In this document: in pieces, positions 56,473 to 64,000 of the stretch
How positions within the stretch are numbered: the first letter of the stretch is position 1
Layout: every line of letters begins with the position of its first letter
Origin: a phage
Direction: 5' to 3' (one strand)
Length of the DNA: 64,000 nt
Sequence record: PX104378.1
Notes under the pieces: model-generated
Seen by the model: the letters and a program-made list of their open reading frames with translations, nothing else
Told to the model about the DNA's origin: nothing
Database searches by the model: none
Translations under genes and position numbers: made by a program

Positions 56473-56503
56473 TGTTGATTCTCCTTCTTGATTAGATGGG
56501 AGT

Positions 56504-56532
56504 ATTTTACTACTCCCATTTCTTATTGTCAA
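56504..56532 (-). promoter_or_regulatory. Early promoter cassette with stem-loop (PeSL-like)
   Basis: TTGACA-17nt-TAAAAT; GGGAGTA..TACTCCC. Confidence 0.55.
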
Positions 56533-56535
56533 CTA

Positions 56536-57024
56536 CTATCTTAATCTTTGTATAAATTGTTTCTTATACTTCTTCGTGATCTCTTCTCTTGTATCAGCGT
56601 CGCAGTAATCGAAACATTCCGCGTCCATAATAGCAACCATCTCCGCGCGTGTCAAGCGTGAAAATCGTTTTACTTTATCAACAGCATACTGAGGATGTAA
56701 ATGATTGTTGGTGTAGTCTCCTTTGATGTAATTAACATAGTTTGTAGCCCAAACAACGAAATCAGCACCTAAAGCACCAACACCAAACCGTTTAAAGTCT
56801 CCGGTCAACGATCCTTCTAGGCGGTTGCAACACGAATGAAGCAATCCCCTTACGCGGCCTTGCCCTTTACCATCTAGATCGTGGTCGTGGTCAAGATGGT
56901 TTTTGCTCATATCCTCAAAAAGTGGCAATTGACAAAGGGGGCAAATGCCCCCCTGTTTTTCGAATAGTTCTTGTTTGTACTCTTTAGCACTCTTAGCAGT
57001 CAGTAACATAAATTCACCCTCCAA
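56536..57024 (-). CDS. 49: Endonuclease VII (Holliday junction resolvase) gp49
   Basis: HLDHDHDLDGKGQGRVRGLL, NHLHPQY, FSRLTRAEM match T4 Endo VII; Cys cluster CPLCQ. Confidence 0.9.
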   Translation of the reverse strand: MEGEFMLLTAKSAKEYKQELFEKQGGICPLCQLPLFEDMSKNHLDHDHDLDGKGQGRVRGLLHSCCNRLEGSLTGDFKRFGVGALGADFVVWATNYVNYIKGDYTNNHLHPQYAVDKVKRFSRLTRAEMVAIMDAECFDYCDADTREEITKKYKKQFIQRLR

Positions 57025-57033
57025 AGAAGGTAT

Positions 57034-57327
57034 TTAACCATTAATCTTGTTTTTGACTACAAAGGATCGGAACTCATCAAAGCCACCAATATAATCACCA
57101 TTATAGAAAATCTGCGGCATGGTGGCAATAACTTCTACCCCTGCGCGATCCTGAATGTCGGCAATGATAGAATCAATCTTTACCGGACGACCGTTTTCGT
57201 CTACACCATCATTAACCGGAATGTAGATGTAAGGGATCTTACGCGATTCACAAAGGCGCTTTGCATTCTGGCAATACTTACAGTTGTAACCTTCAAAACC
57301 AAAAATTTCTACCATGTTATACCTCAA
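57034..57327 (-). CDS. nrdC: Thioredoxin/glutaredoxin NrdC
   Basis: 97 aa; active site CKYCQNAKRL (T4 CVYCDNAKRL); MPQIFYNGDYIGGFDEF. Confidence 0.85.
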   Translation of the reverse strand: MRYNMVEIFGFEGYNCKYCQNAKRLCESRKIPYIYIPVNDGVDENGRPVKIDSIIADIQDRAGVEVIATMPQIFYNGDYIGGFDEFRSFVVKNKING

Positions 57328-58136
57328 TCTACGTTAGTTACATAAACTTCTTGCGTATCAGAAGACTTACCACCTGAACGATCTAGGCAATAGGTCTTAT
57401 TCAACAGGACGCAGTTTAAATCATTCCGCTTGATAAAGTCAAGGAGATGATCATTTACCTTTCCCTTATGATGTGTGACATTACTGATACCAAACTGAAA
57501 ACCACGCGCCATAATAGATTCTACCCACTGATAGAATTTAATCTCTTCCTCGTCACTCCAAAACTTATTATATTCCGCAGAAGTGATAAGGTATGGAGGG
57601 TCCAAATAAACGAAATCACCCGGCAAGATCTCGATCTCGTCATATCGTCCAGAAGTAAAATTGATTCGACCGTCTTTGTTTTCTTCCTTAAAATTCAGGA
57701 CACGCTCTACCGCGTTTTCGTTAAAAGTCCGGCGACCAAAATTAGCATTAAATTCGCCCTTCCGGTTATGGCGGTTAATGTTGCTAAAACTATGTTGAAT
57801 CAACACAAACAGAGATAGCGGATCTGGATTCTCGTTATACTTCTTGCGGAATGCCATGTAAGCATCTTTATCATCACGAGACAAACCATTTTCGGCAATA
57901 ATCCGCTTGATCGTAGAAACCGGATCAGGACACTCGTCAATCGCTTTGTACGCTTCAATTAAGCGGTGATCATAGTCATTAGCCAGCACATCCCCTTCGA
58001 CGTACAGAGACACGCTCAAGCCGCCACAAAAGGCATCAACAAAGCGGTTATAGTGCTTAGGGAAATACTTACTAACACCCGGCAATAACTTTTCCTTATT
58101 GCCAGTATAGGGAATTAAACCTAATGCTTTCTTCAT
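57324..58136 (-). CDS. dam: DNA adenine methyltransferase Dam
   Basis: YTGNKEKLLP, FVDAFCGGLSVSL (motif I), LPGDFVYLDPPYLITSAEYNKFWSDEEE (motif IV DPPY) match T4 Dam. Confidence 0.9.
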   Translation of the reverse strand: MKKALGLIPYTGNKEKLLPGVSKYFPKHYNRFVDAFCGGLSVSLYVEGDVLANDYDHRLIEAYKAIDECPDPVSTIKRIIAENGLSRDDKDAYMAFRKKYNENPDPLSLFVLIQHSFSNINRHNRKGEFNANFGRRTFNENAVERVLNFKEENKDGRINFTSGRYDEIEILPGDFVYLDPPYLITSAEYNKFWSDEEEIKFYQWVESIMARGFQFGISNVTHHKGKVNDHLLDFIKRNDLNCVLLNKTYCLDRSGGKSSDTQEVYVTNVD

Positions 58137-58567
58137 TATCCCTTCCTCAAATAAGTTCGCTCAATCTCTACCAGTTCGAAAAATTCTTGCCAGTCGCAAG
58201 GAAAATTGCAGTTTCCAAAATGATCCTCTTTGTAAAGTTCTTTACCGGATGACAGCTTAATATCTGTTACGCTGTAGTATCCGCAACAATCGCAATCACC
58301 CTCTGTATATTCTGTTTTGGTAGGAATATCCATCATTGCCAGATACAAAGGTACATCGTCTTGCTCAAAGTTCATGTAACCTTCATGGTCGAATGAAACA
58401 AAGTTATCATCGCCACCGAAAGGGATATAATGGTCATAATCGGTTACAGGTTGACCGTGTAATTCCCATTCTACAATTTTAACATTACCGCTAAACTTGA
58501 TACCCATAATTTCAACAAGAAAATGAGTATCGTCAATGTAAATCTTACTAGGAGTTGGATAAACCAT
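58136..58567 (-). CDS. Hypothetical Cys-rich protein
   Basis: 143-aa ORF; ATGA-overlap with dam. Confidence 0.5.
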   Translation of the reverse strand: MVYPTPSKIYIDDTHFLVEIMGIKFSGNVKIVEWELHGQPVTDYDHYIPFGGDDNFVSFDHEGYMNFEQDDVPLYLAMMDIPTKTEYTEGDCDCCGYYSVTDIKLSSGKELYKEDHFGNCNFPCDWQEFFELVEIERTYLRKG

Positions 58568-58577
58568 TATATAATCC

Positions 58578-58874
58578 TCATATCTCAGAGAATAGAATCT
58601 CTGTTAGCTTCACTGACTGCTCTCTGAATGTTAGCGTATACTCGAAAGGAAAGTCAACACCTAATTTCAGAAGAGAATAGCCTACCGCCTCTTTATGCTT
58701 ATCGGTTAGGGCGATCCTAACCAATTCCCGTTGAATCTCTTTAGGCGGTGAATGGATAGTAACACGGGTATCGTGTAATGTCCAGTCACCATTACGAATC
58801 AAGATTAACGGTTTATCGTCATTAAAGATCACCGACCCCTTTCCGGTCGGTGAGTGTTTTATACTAATCATCAA
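58578..58874 (-). CDS. Hypothetical protein
   Basis: 98-aa ORF. Confidence 0.45.
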   Translation of the reverse strand: MMISIKHSPTGKGSVIFNDDKPLILIRNGDWTLHDTRVTIHSPPKEIQRELVRIALTDKHKEAVGYSLLKLGVDFPFEYTLTFREQSVKLTEILFSEI

Positions 58875-59085
58875 ATTCTAAGAAATATTCTGGAACGATA
58901 TAACCGTTAAAGTCATTGCACTTATAAAAATGTGGTGCATTTAATGCTGGATGAGCATTAGTAAAGAGTTTACCCTCTAGAAACAGAATGTAATTAATAG
59001 GTCTAATACCGACAGAATCAGGATCTAAACCTTTTTCTTTCAGTTCAGCCAGCGTTAAAACTCGTCCAGATCGTAACTTAGCCAT
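58864..59085 (-). CDS. Hypothetical protein
   Basis: 73-aa ORF. Confidence 0.45.
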   Translation of the reverse strand: MAKLRSGRVLTLAELKEKGLDPDSVGIRPINYILFLEGKLFTNAHPALNAPHFYKCNDFNGYIVPEYFLEFDD

Positions 59086-59371
59086 GATTTACCCCCAATT
59101 CATCAAGATTATGTCGCAGCATTTCAGAGTATTTTTCTACTTCCTTGATCTTAGTGTGGATCTCCACGATCTCATCTTCACTATCAGAAAGTTTAATGGC
59201 AATTGCTAGCGTGCTTTTACCAGCTTTCATAGTCTCTTTCCGTTCAACCAATAGATCCGCGTGTTTCAGTAGCAGTTCTTCACGTCGAACATAAGCGACG
59301 GTCAAAGCCTCATCAGCGATTTCTAAAGCATTTTCAGCAACACCAACAACCATTTTACGAGTAGACAGCAT
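59078..59371 (-). CDS. Hypothetical protein
   Basis: 97-aa ORF. Confidence 0.45.
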   Translation of the reverse strand: MLSTRKMVVGVAENALEIADEALTVAYVRREELLLKHADLLVERKETMKAGKSTLAIAIKLSDSEDEIVEIHTKIKEVEKYSEMLRHNLDELGVNHG

Positions 59372-59385
59372 AAATTCACCTCACA

Positions 59386-59694
59386 TTATTTCACGTTAAC
59401 GCCGTCATCAATCCAGCCGACGCTATTTTGTTTAACAGTTTTACCATAGGATGCATACTTAATCAAGCATGGTTTAACATCATTATCAAATCTTCCTAAA
59501 CGTACTCCCAAATCAGGAATATCCATGTATGCGGCTTTATATCCCCATGTGCCGTATTCAGAATCAATCTCAACCGGACGGCCTTTAAAAGCATACACTA
59601 CACCGTGACGGTCAACGATAACATAGCGATAGCCAGCCGGAAGATACACAGTTTCGCCGTAAACTTTAACTGGAGTAGCAGAAGAGATAAACAT
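59386..59694 (-). CDS. Hypothetical protein
   Basis: Track ORF trimmed to ATG after GAGGATTATATT; promoter cassette at ~59729-59757. Confidence 0.5.
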   Translation of the reverse strand: MFISSATPVKVYGETVYLPAGYRYVIVDRHGVVYAFKGRPVEIDSEYGTWGYKAAYMDIPDLGVRLGRFDNDVKPCLIKYASYGKTVKQNSVGWIDDGVNVK

Positions 59695-59728
59695 AATATA
59701 ATCCTCACATCGTTCATTTGATGCGGTC

Positions 59729-59757
59729 ATTATATGATAACCGCATTTTCATGTCAA
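59729..59757 (-). promoter_or_regulatory. Early promoter cassette (PeSL-like)
   Basis: TTGACA-17nt-TATAAT; imperfect inverted repeat GCGGT..ACCGC around the -10. Confidence 0.5.
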
Positions 59758-59763
59758 CAGTTT

Positions 59764-60138
59764 TTAAAAATCTTCTTCCGGTTTATATCGACCGTCATCG
59801 ACTGGTTTTGGACTGAATCCGGTATGTTTGCGCGGCTTCGCTTCCGGTTTCCCCGCGATCGATAGTCCAAGCCATTTAAGAAGTTTGTATGAGTAAGCGA
59901 TGGTCACAACTACCCACGTTAAAGGCCATACAATAGAACAAATGGCATATGCTCCGGTATCGACCTCTTTGGTGTCCTTATCGAATCTGGCATACAAGCA
60001 AATTATAAGATAGGTGATCATTGCACCAGTAGGCCAGATATAAAGAACATTAACAATATCTTGTGTTGTCACGTTATCCTCCTTACATGTCTTGCAGTGC
60101 ATAAAAGCATTTTTCTTCGTAGTCATAGAAAATGTCAA
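59764..60138 (-). CDS. Hypothetical membrane protein
   Basis: 124 aa with two predicted TM helices and basic C-terminal tail. Confidence 0.5.
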   Translation of the reverse strand: MTFSMTTKKNAFMHCKTCKEDNVTTQDIVNVLYIWPTGAMITYLIICLYARFDKDTKEVDTGAYAICSIVWPLTWVVVTIAYSYKLLKWLGLSIAGKPEAKPRKHTGFSPKPVDDGRYKPEEDF

Positions 60139-60361
60139 AGTATGCTTTTTCTACATACTCGCCATTGATCCAAGCGGCAGTAACAATCAGAGTGGTCCAG
60201 TTAGATCCGCTCTCAACCGTAAAGGTTTTAATACCCAGCTTCGCTGCTAAGTCGAACGCAAACCGGACGCAACCACGGCAGGAAGTGATATTGGAAGTTT
60301 TGATTTTGATGCCACCGCGAGTTTTAGAAATTTCTACTTTAGCGAAAGACAGGTTGCTCAT
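60083..60361 (-). CDS. Hypothetical protein
   Basis: 92 aa; AGGAGAATCAAA-ATG; promoter cassette at ~60404-60432. Confidence 0.5.
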   Translation of the reverse strand: MSNLSFAKVEISKTRGGIKIKTSNITSCRGCVRFAFDLAAKLGIKTFTVESGSNWTTLIVTAAWINGEYVEKAYFDIFYDYEEKCFYALQDM

Positions 60362-60403
60362 TTTGATTCTCCTTAAGAAAGTGTGTTTCGTTTTGATGTG
60401 TGT

Positions 60404-60432
60404 AGTATAGGGGATACGTGATCCCCTGTCAA
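60404..60432 (-). promoter_or_regulatory. Early promoter cassette with spacer stem-loop (PeSL-like)
   Basis: TTGACA-GGGGATCACGTATCCCC-TATACT; conserved 5'UTR to AGGAGAATCAAA-ATG. Confidence 0.55.
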
Positions 60433-60440
60433 CAACTTTT

Positions 60441-60770
60441 TTATGATTTTAGTGAATTAACTACTACATCAAAATGATGTACAGAGCACACCTTACGAAA
60501 CACGTATTCATCATGTTTAGGAATCTCCCCTAACCTCTCTATTTCGCTCGCTAACACGATAAACCGTTTATCCGGTACATTTACCTTATATGCTTCAACA
60601 ACGCACGGAAAACGCGTTTTAGCGAGTTCGGGATAGTTTTCTGACTCCATCAGGACAATGAATACTCTGTTACATTGATTGTAGAATCCTGTTTTTGATT
60701 TCATTAAGTTTTCTTCTCTGTGCAATTCGTGCAATCTTCCTTTCATGATTTCGTTGGTTCTTGTCTTCAC
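60441..60770 (-). CDS. Hypothetical protein (start uncertain)
   Basis: Track ORF begins at GTG and overlaps the upstream ORF by ~100 nt; true start probably an internal ATG. Confidence 0.35.
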   Translation of the reverse strand: MKTRTNEIMKGRLHELHREENLMKSKTGFYNQCNRVFIVLMESENYPELAKTRFPCVVEAYKVNVPDKRFIVLASEIERLGEIPKHDEYVFRKVCSVHHFDVVVNSLKS

Positions 60771-61011
60771 AGTTTACCCATTCAACAAGATCTTTACCTA
60801 ACTCGAAAGCCCATTCTCGGTCTTGCTTTACGTTTTGTAGGTATGGACTTTCCGACACTCTACGAAGTGATGTTGTCGTAACAAGAATGATCCCAGGAAT
60901 GGTCGGATGTTCCTTTCCATATACAATAGGACGCGAGTCACTATCAATACCCTGTAAGAAAGTGTATCCTGAATCACTTAGAATCATATACATTTTCATT
61001 TCACACATCAC
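60670..61011 (-). CDS. Hypothetical protein
   Basis: 113-aa ORF. Confidence 0.4.
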   Translation of the reverse strand: MMCEMKMYMILSDSGYTFLQGIDSDSRPIVYGKEHPTIPGIILVTTTSLRRVSESPYLQNVKQDREWAFELGKDLVEWVNCEDKNQRNHERKIARIAQRRKLNEIKNRILQSM

Positions 61012-61265
61012 AGCTTCCTCAACCAGTTATTAAAGCGAGCAAACCATGATGCTTTTCGTGCTTCTTTTACTTTATGTGCACGAAAACCACTGAAACACCA
61101 TTCATAATCATCACCGAAACATGATTCAACAGGAACACCCGCATTTCGTAGTTCTCTGGTCTTTATCATGAATCCTTGACATAAGGGGCGACCTTCAACA
61201 ATGATAGGAAGTTTAACTTTTTCCATGAAAGTATACCCAGCACGGTCAATAATTTCAATCTTCAT
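61008..61265 (-). CDS. Paralog-family protein (KIEIID...FM..VKLPIIVEG)
   Basis: 85 aa; N-terminus shared with 61284..61481 and 63607..63828. Confidence 0.5.
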   Translation of the reverse strand: MKIEIIDRAGYTFMEKVKLPIIVEGRPLCQGFMIKTRELRNAGVPVESCFGDDYEWCFSGFRAHKVKEARKASWFARFNNWLRKL

Positions 61266-61283
61266 AATATAATCCTCAATTAG

Positions 61284-61481
61284 TTATACTGCCCATGCTT
61301 CATTTGCACGAAAACACCATTCATACTCAGGAAAATAACCTTTAATTGGTACGCCAGCTTTTTGTAGTTCCTGCGTTTCTACAAGATAATCAAGCCCATA
61401 TCGACGACCTTCCACAATAATAGGAAGTTTAACGCCATTCATGAAAGAAAATCCACCATCATCAATAATTTCAATTTTCAT
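61284..61481 (-). CDS. Paralog-family protein (KIEIID...FM..VKLPIIVEG)
   Basis: 65 aa; MKIEIIDDGGFSFMNGVKLPIIVEGR. Confidence 0.5.
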   Translation of the reverse strand: MKIEIIDDGGFSFMNGVKLPIIVEGRRYGLDYLVETQELQKAGVPIKGYFPEYEWCFRANEAWAV

Positions 61482-61725
61482 TTACATTATCTCCATAGAT
61501 CTTTCCATCAATATCAATTTCACCAGCGCGAACATCTAGGATAAGATGTGGTAGGTGAATGCAGTTTTCCCAACCTACTCGCTTCATTTCTGCTACAGTA
61601 ACGTAAGCCCATCCGTTCGCTGTAATAAAGTCTACTTCAACCTTGAGAGGAAAGCAAGACTTTTCTATGTCTTCGAATCCGACAATGTGTTTTGTTGTTG
61701 AATATGGAATATATCCGGTGATCAT
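61471..61725 (-). CDS. Hypothetical protein
   Basis: 84-aa ORF. Confidence 0.45.
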   Translation of the reverse strand: MITGYIPYSTTKHIVGFEDIEKSCFPLKVEVDFITANGWAYVTVAEMKRVGWENCIHLPHLILDVRAGEIDIDGKIYGDNVNEN

Positions 61726-62183
61726 TTTGTGATCTCCTTATACTCAACACGCCATAAACGGGTCGCCCATGATAAACGCTCATAACGCTGGCAGAAATCA
61801 GACCATAGATATTGTGTACCGTCTTGCATAGTTGAAATATGCGTTTTCTCTCCTACTTTCACGAATGAAGTATTCGATTTTGTGATCTCGACCGGAGTAT
61901 ATCCGAAAGCTGGTTCCAAGTCAACATCTGAACTAAATGCCAATTTAACAGAATTTGTTTTTTTGACCGCTGTCCGGTTTCCTTCTGGGTATAGCACAGC
62001 AGGTTTAGCGCCTAAGCGGATAAACTCAGTGTTTTTAATGAACAGAATATCATGATAACCGTCATATTCCGACACTTCCATAGTAACAGGAAAATCGACA
62101 TGTTCTAAACCTGGTAGATCTCGCATATCATGAAATGTAGCCATCAACTTTTTCATCTTGTATTCCTCACTCTTCTGTTTCAT
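61722..62183 (-). CDS. Hypothetical protein
   Basis: 153-aa ORF. Confidence 0.5.
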   Translation of the reverse strand: MKQKSEEYKMKKLMATFHDMRDLPGLEHVDFPVTMEVSEYDGYHDILFIKNTEFIRLGAKPAVLYPEGNRTAVKKTNSVKLAFSSDVDLEPAFGYTPVEITKSNTSFVKVGEKTHISTMQDGTQYLWSDFCQRYERLSWATRLWRVEYKEITK

Positions 62184-62403
62184 TTCTTTTATATGGTACT
62201 ATAACAGGATTAATACAGCAAGCACCAATTACGTTATGAGCACCACAATTTAAGCATTTATAGTCATGGAACTTATTAAGGAATCGACCAAACTCATAAC
62301 CGACTAGCGCCGCATGTACTTGAGTCTCGATCTCATCCATATCAGCCAATGTTTTAACCTTCATAGTATAATCCTCAAATGGTAGTTTTGCGAAGATGGT
62401 CAT
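62167..62403 (-). CDS. Hypothetical Cys-containing protein
   Basis: 78 aa; CLNCGAHNVIGACC cluster. Confidence 0.45.
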   Translation of the reverse strand: MTIFAKLPFEDYTMKVKTLADMDEIETQVHAALVGYEFGRFLNKFHDYKCLNCGAHNVIGACCINPVIVPYKRNETEE

Positions 62404-62665
62404 TACATGCTTTTAATGCATCAGTCGCGGTGTCATAGCGAGTATTATCATAGCACCAGTAACCATCTGTCAACTGATAAATCAATCCATCCCTTTTAGC
62501 TTCGATGAAAGATAACTCTTTGAAAGTTTCTACTTTCTTTGCTGATACTCCACGGTCACGGCGCTTATAGAGTTTAGCTAAAATGCGTTCAGCTTGTTCC
62601 TCTTTATCACCAGACAGATCCCAAATAATGTTGCGGATATGTTTGATTAATTGTTCAGTGGTCAT
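62375..62665 (-). CDS. Hypothetical protein
   Basis: 96 aa; AAGGAGAATCAAAG-ATG with conserved 5'UTR cassette and promoter. Confidence 0.5.
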   Translation of the reverse strand: MTTEQLIKHIRNIIWDLSGDKEEQAERILAKLYKRRDRGVSAKKVETFKELSFIEAKRDGLIYQLTDGYWCYDNTRYDTATDALKACNDHLRKTTI

Positions 62666-62694
62666 CTTTGATTCTCCTTAGTTGGTATGTGTGC

Positions 62695-62722
62695 ATTATA
62701 GCACTATGATTTTCATTGTCAA
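62695..62722 (-). promoter_or_regulatory. Early promoter with conserved 5'UTR cassette
   Basis: TTGACA-16nt-TATAAT GCACACATACCAACTAAGGAGAATCAAAG-ATG. Confidence 0.5.
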
Positions 62723-62726
62723 CAAC

Positions 62727-62760
62727 TAAAAACAAAAAAGGCTATCCAGAAGGATAGCCC
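62727..62760 (-). terminator. Rho-independent terminator after the glycine-rich gene
   Basis: Minus-strand GGCTATCC-ttct-GGATAGCC followed by TTTTTTGTTTTT. Confidence 0.65.
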
Positions 62761-62766
62761 ATAAAA

Positions 62767-63552
62767 TTACACGCGAGCACCGTAGATCGTGCCTACTTTA
62801 TCCCAGCGTGGAGCATTACCAGTAACAGCCTTACCAGCCGCACCACCAGAGTGAACAGTTCCTCCAGTACCACCTTGAATATATGAAGATTTGCCAGCAG
62901 ATCCCAAATCTCCACCATTTCCTCCATAGTGAACCCCAGAAACAGTGCCTTTACCTGGGGCAGAAATTGTACCAGCAGATGCTGCCGCTGCGCCGCCTCC
63001 TGCCTTACCAGCCGCACCAAATGGACGGCCTCCGCCGCCGCCAAATATCATATCCATTTGAGGGAAAGGATGGTATCTAGCACCAGCACCGCCACCACCA
63101 CCACCACCAATAATACCATTATTGTTTATTCTTAAACGAGTTCCAATTCCGTTATTTATTGCATTTCCTCCTGCTCCGCCAGCAGAGTTACTTCCGCCAT
63201 TTCCTCCCCGACCTAATACATGAACACCAGAGTTAATAATGAGTGTTACATATTCGTTTGTTAGTGAGCTAGGGAAATCAAGACAAGGAACGCCAGTAGA
63301 ATGGGAAACAATATTACCGGTGATAGTAATTACTACCGGAGTAGATCCTTGTGCTTTCATCCAGTTAATAAGAGTGTCTTTATTGTAAGAGTTACTAGCG
63401 CCAATGCTATAATGAATCTCTTTAGAACGTCCGACCATCGCTGACATATACGCCGGACGACCTAAGCGTACAGCTTGCATTGCGGCGCTCATCCACCGTT
63501 GACCAGTCTCAGCAACAGCCGATGATCCGACCCAACCTGCTTTAATTGCCAT
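62767..63552 (-). CDS. Glycine-rich repeat protein
   Basis: 261 aa; C-terminal ~150 aa dominated by GGxGG/GGNGG runs; followed by hairpin terminator. Confidence 0.55.
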   Translation of the reverse strand: MAIKAGWVGSSAVAETGQRWMSAAMQAVRLGRPAYMSAMVGRSKEIHYSIGASNSYNKDTLINWMKAQGSTPVVITITGNIVSHSTGVPCLDFPSSLTNEYVTLIINSGVHVLGRGGNGGSNSAGGAGGNAINNGIGTRLRINNNGIIGGGGGGGAGARYHPFPQMDMIFGGGGGRPFGAAGKAGGGAAAASAGTISAPGKGTVSGVHYGGNGGDLGSAGKSSYIQGGTGGTVHSGGAAGKAVTGNAPRWDKVGTIYGARV

Positions 63553-63606
63553 AAAGTTTCCTCACAAGAAAAGCCCCATTTAAGGGGCATTGATTAATAA
63601 TATTAC

Positions 63607-63828
63607 TTAGATGACCTCTGCTTCACCATTCAGGAAGAAAGACCATGTTTTGTTAGGACAGCGAAGCGCCCATGATTCAGCAGTTTTAACACCAGCTTCG
63701 AACAATTGACGGCTGGTTACTTTAGCCATACCATCTTCGATGGCAACGTTTTCAATAATCATCGGGTACTTAGCGCCACGCATGAAACCGAAGCCAGCGG
63801 AAGATTTGATAATTTTAACAGTTGCCAT
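63607..63828 (-). CDS. Paralog-family protein (KIEIID-type)
   Basis: 73 aa; MATVKIIKSSAGFGFMRGAKYPMIIENV resembles 61008..61265 and 61284..61481. Confidence 0.5.
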   Translation of the reverse strand: MATVKIIKSSAGFGFMRGAKYPMIIENVAIEDGMAKVTSRQLFEAGVKTAESWALRCPNKTWSFFLNGEAEVI

Positions 63829-63867
63829 TTTTGATTCTCCTAGAAAGTGTATCTCGTTTCGATGTGT

Positions 63868-63899
63868 GTATTATGCAATAACACCGGATCACTGTCAAC
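63868..63899 (-). promoter_or_regulatory. Early promoter with conserved 5'UTR cassette
   Basis: TTGACA-~20nt-TAATAC ACACATCGAAACGAGATACACTTTCTAGGAGAATCAAAA-ATG. Confidence 0.4.
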
Positions 63900-64000
63900 A
63901 CTTTCTAAGAAAAATTTTAAATTAATCGAATATAGCCCAGAATTTCAGCACCTTTAGCCAGTCCTAAAACTTCCCATTCAAGGTCGCCGTAGTCATAATT

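Noticed and set aside
62793-63080. Alternative-frame ORFs (62793..63044 minus, 62883..63080 plus) within the glycine-rich gene.
   Set aside because: Artefacts of the GGN-repeat region, which is open in several frames; only the 261-aa frame has start, RBS and terminator context.
11557-63899. Whether the recurring ~40-bp palindrome-containing elements form a CRISPR array or MITE-like repeats.
   Set aside because: Copies are dispersed singly upstream of individual genes, lack regular spacing, and contain -35/-10 promoter hexamers.

Overview
This window is a T4-like (T-even-type) myovirus genome segment with no rRNA, tRNA or CRISPR detected. The + strand (1-8912) carries the long-tail-fibre module 34(partial)-35-36-37 and holin t. 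The remaining ~55 kb is a minus-strand early/middle block in T4-syntenic order: 52, rIIB, rIIA, fused topo II 39/60, dexA, dda, 56, 61, 41, uvsX, 43, regA, 62, 44, 45, 46, 47, 55, nrdH/G/D, 49, nrdC, dam. About 70 small lineage-specific ORFs are interspersed. Gene calls come from the supplied ORF track, with starts refined by RBS position and by comparison with T4 proteins recalled from memory; no database search was run. The most notable observations are: (1) at least 18 early-promoter cassettes on the minus strand (TTGACA, 16-20 nt spacer, TATAAT-like), many with a GC-clamped palindrome in or around the spacer, resembling the PeSL mobile regulatory cassettes described for RB49-type phages; (2) a multi-gene family of at least 7 paralogous modular proteins around the nrd genes; (3) a 489-aa P-loop NTPase of unknown function beside gene 55; (4) a free-standing HNH-AP2 homing endonuclease upstream of gene 47; (5) gp37 ending in a self-cleaving intramolecular-chaperone domain with no gp38 adhesin gene; (6) a stand-alone copy of the rIIB N-terminal HTH between rIIA and rIIB; (7) a glycine-rich 261-aa protein; (8) secreted and lipoprotein candidates in the hyperplastic region between t and gene 52. 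Promoter and terminator coordinates are approximate (a few nt).
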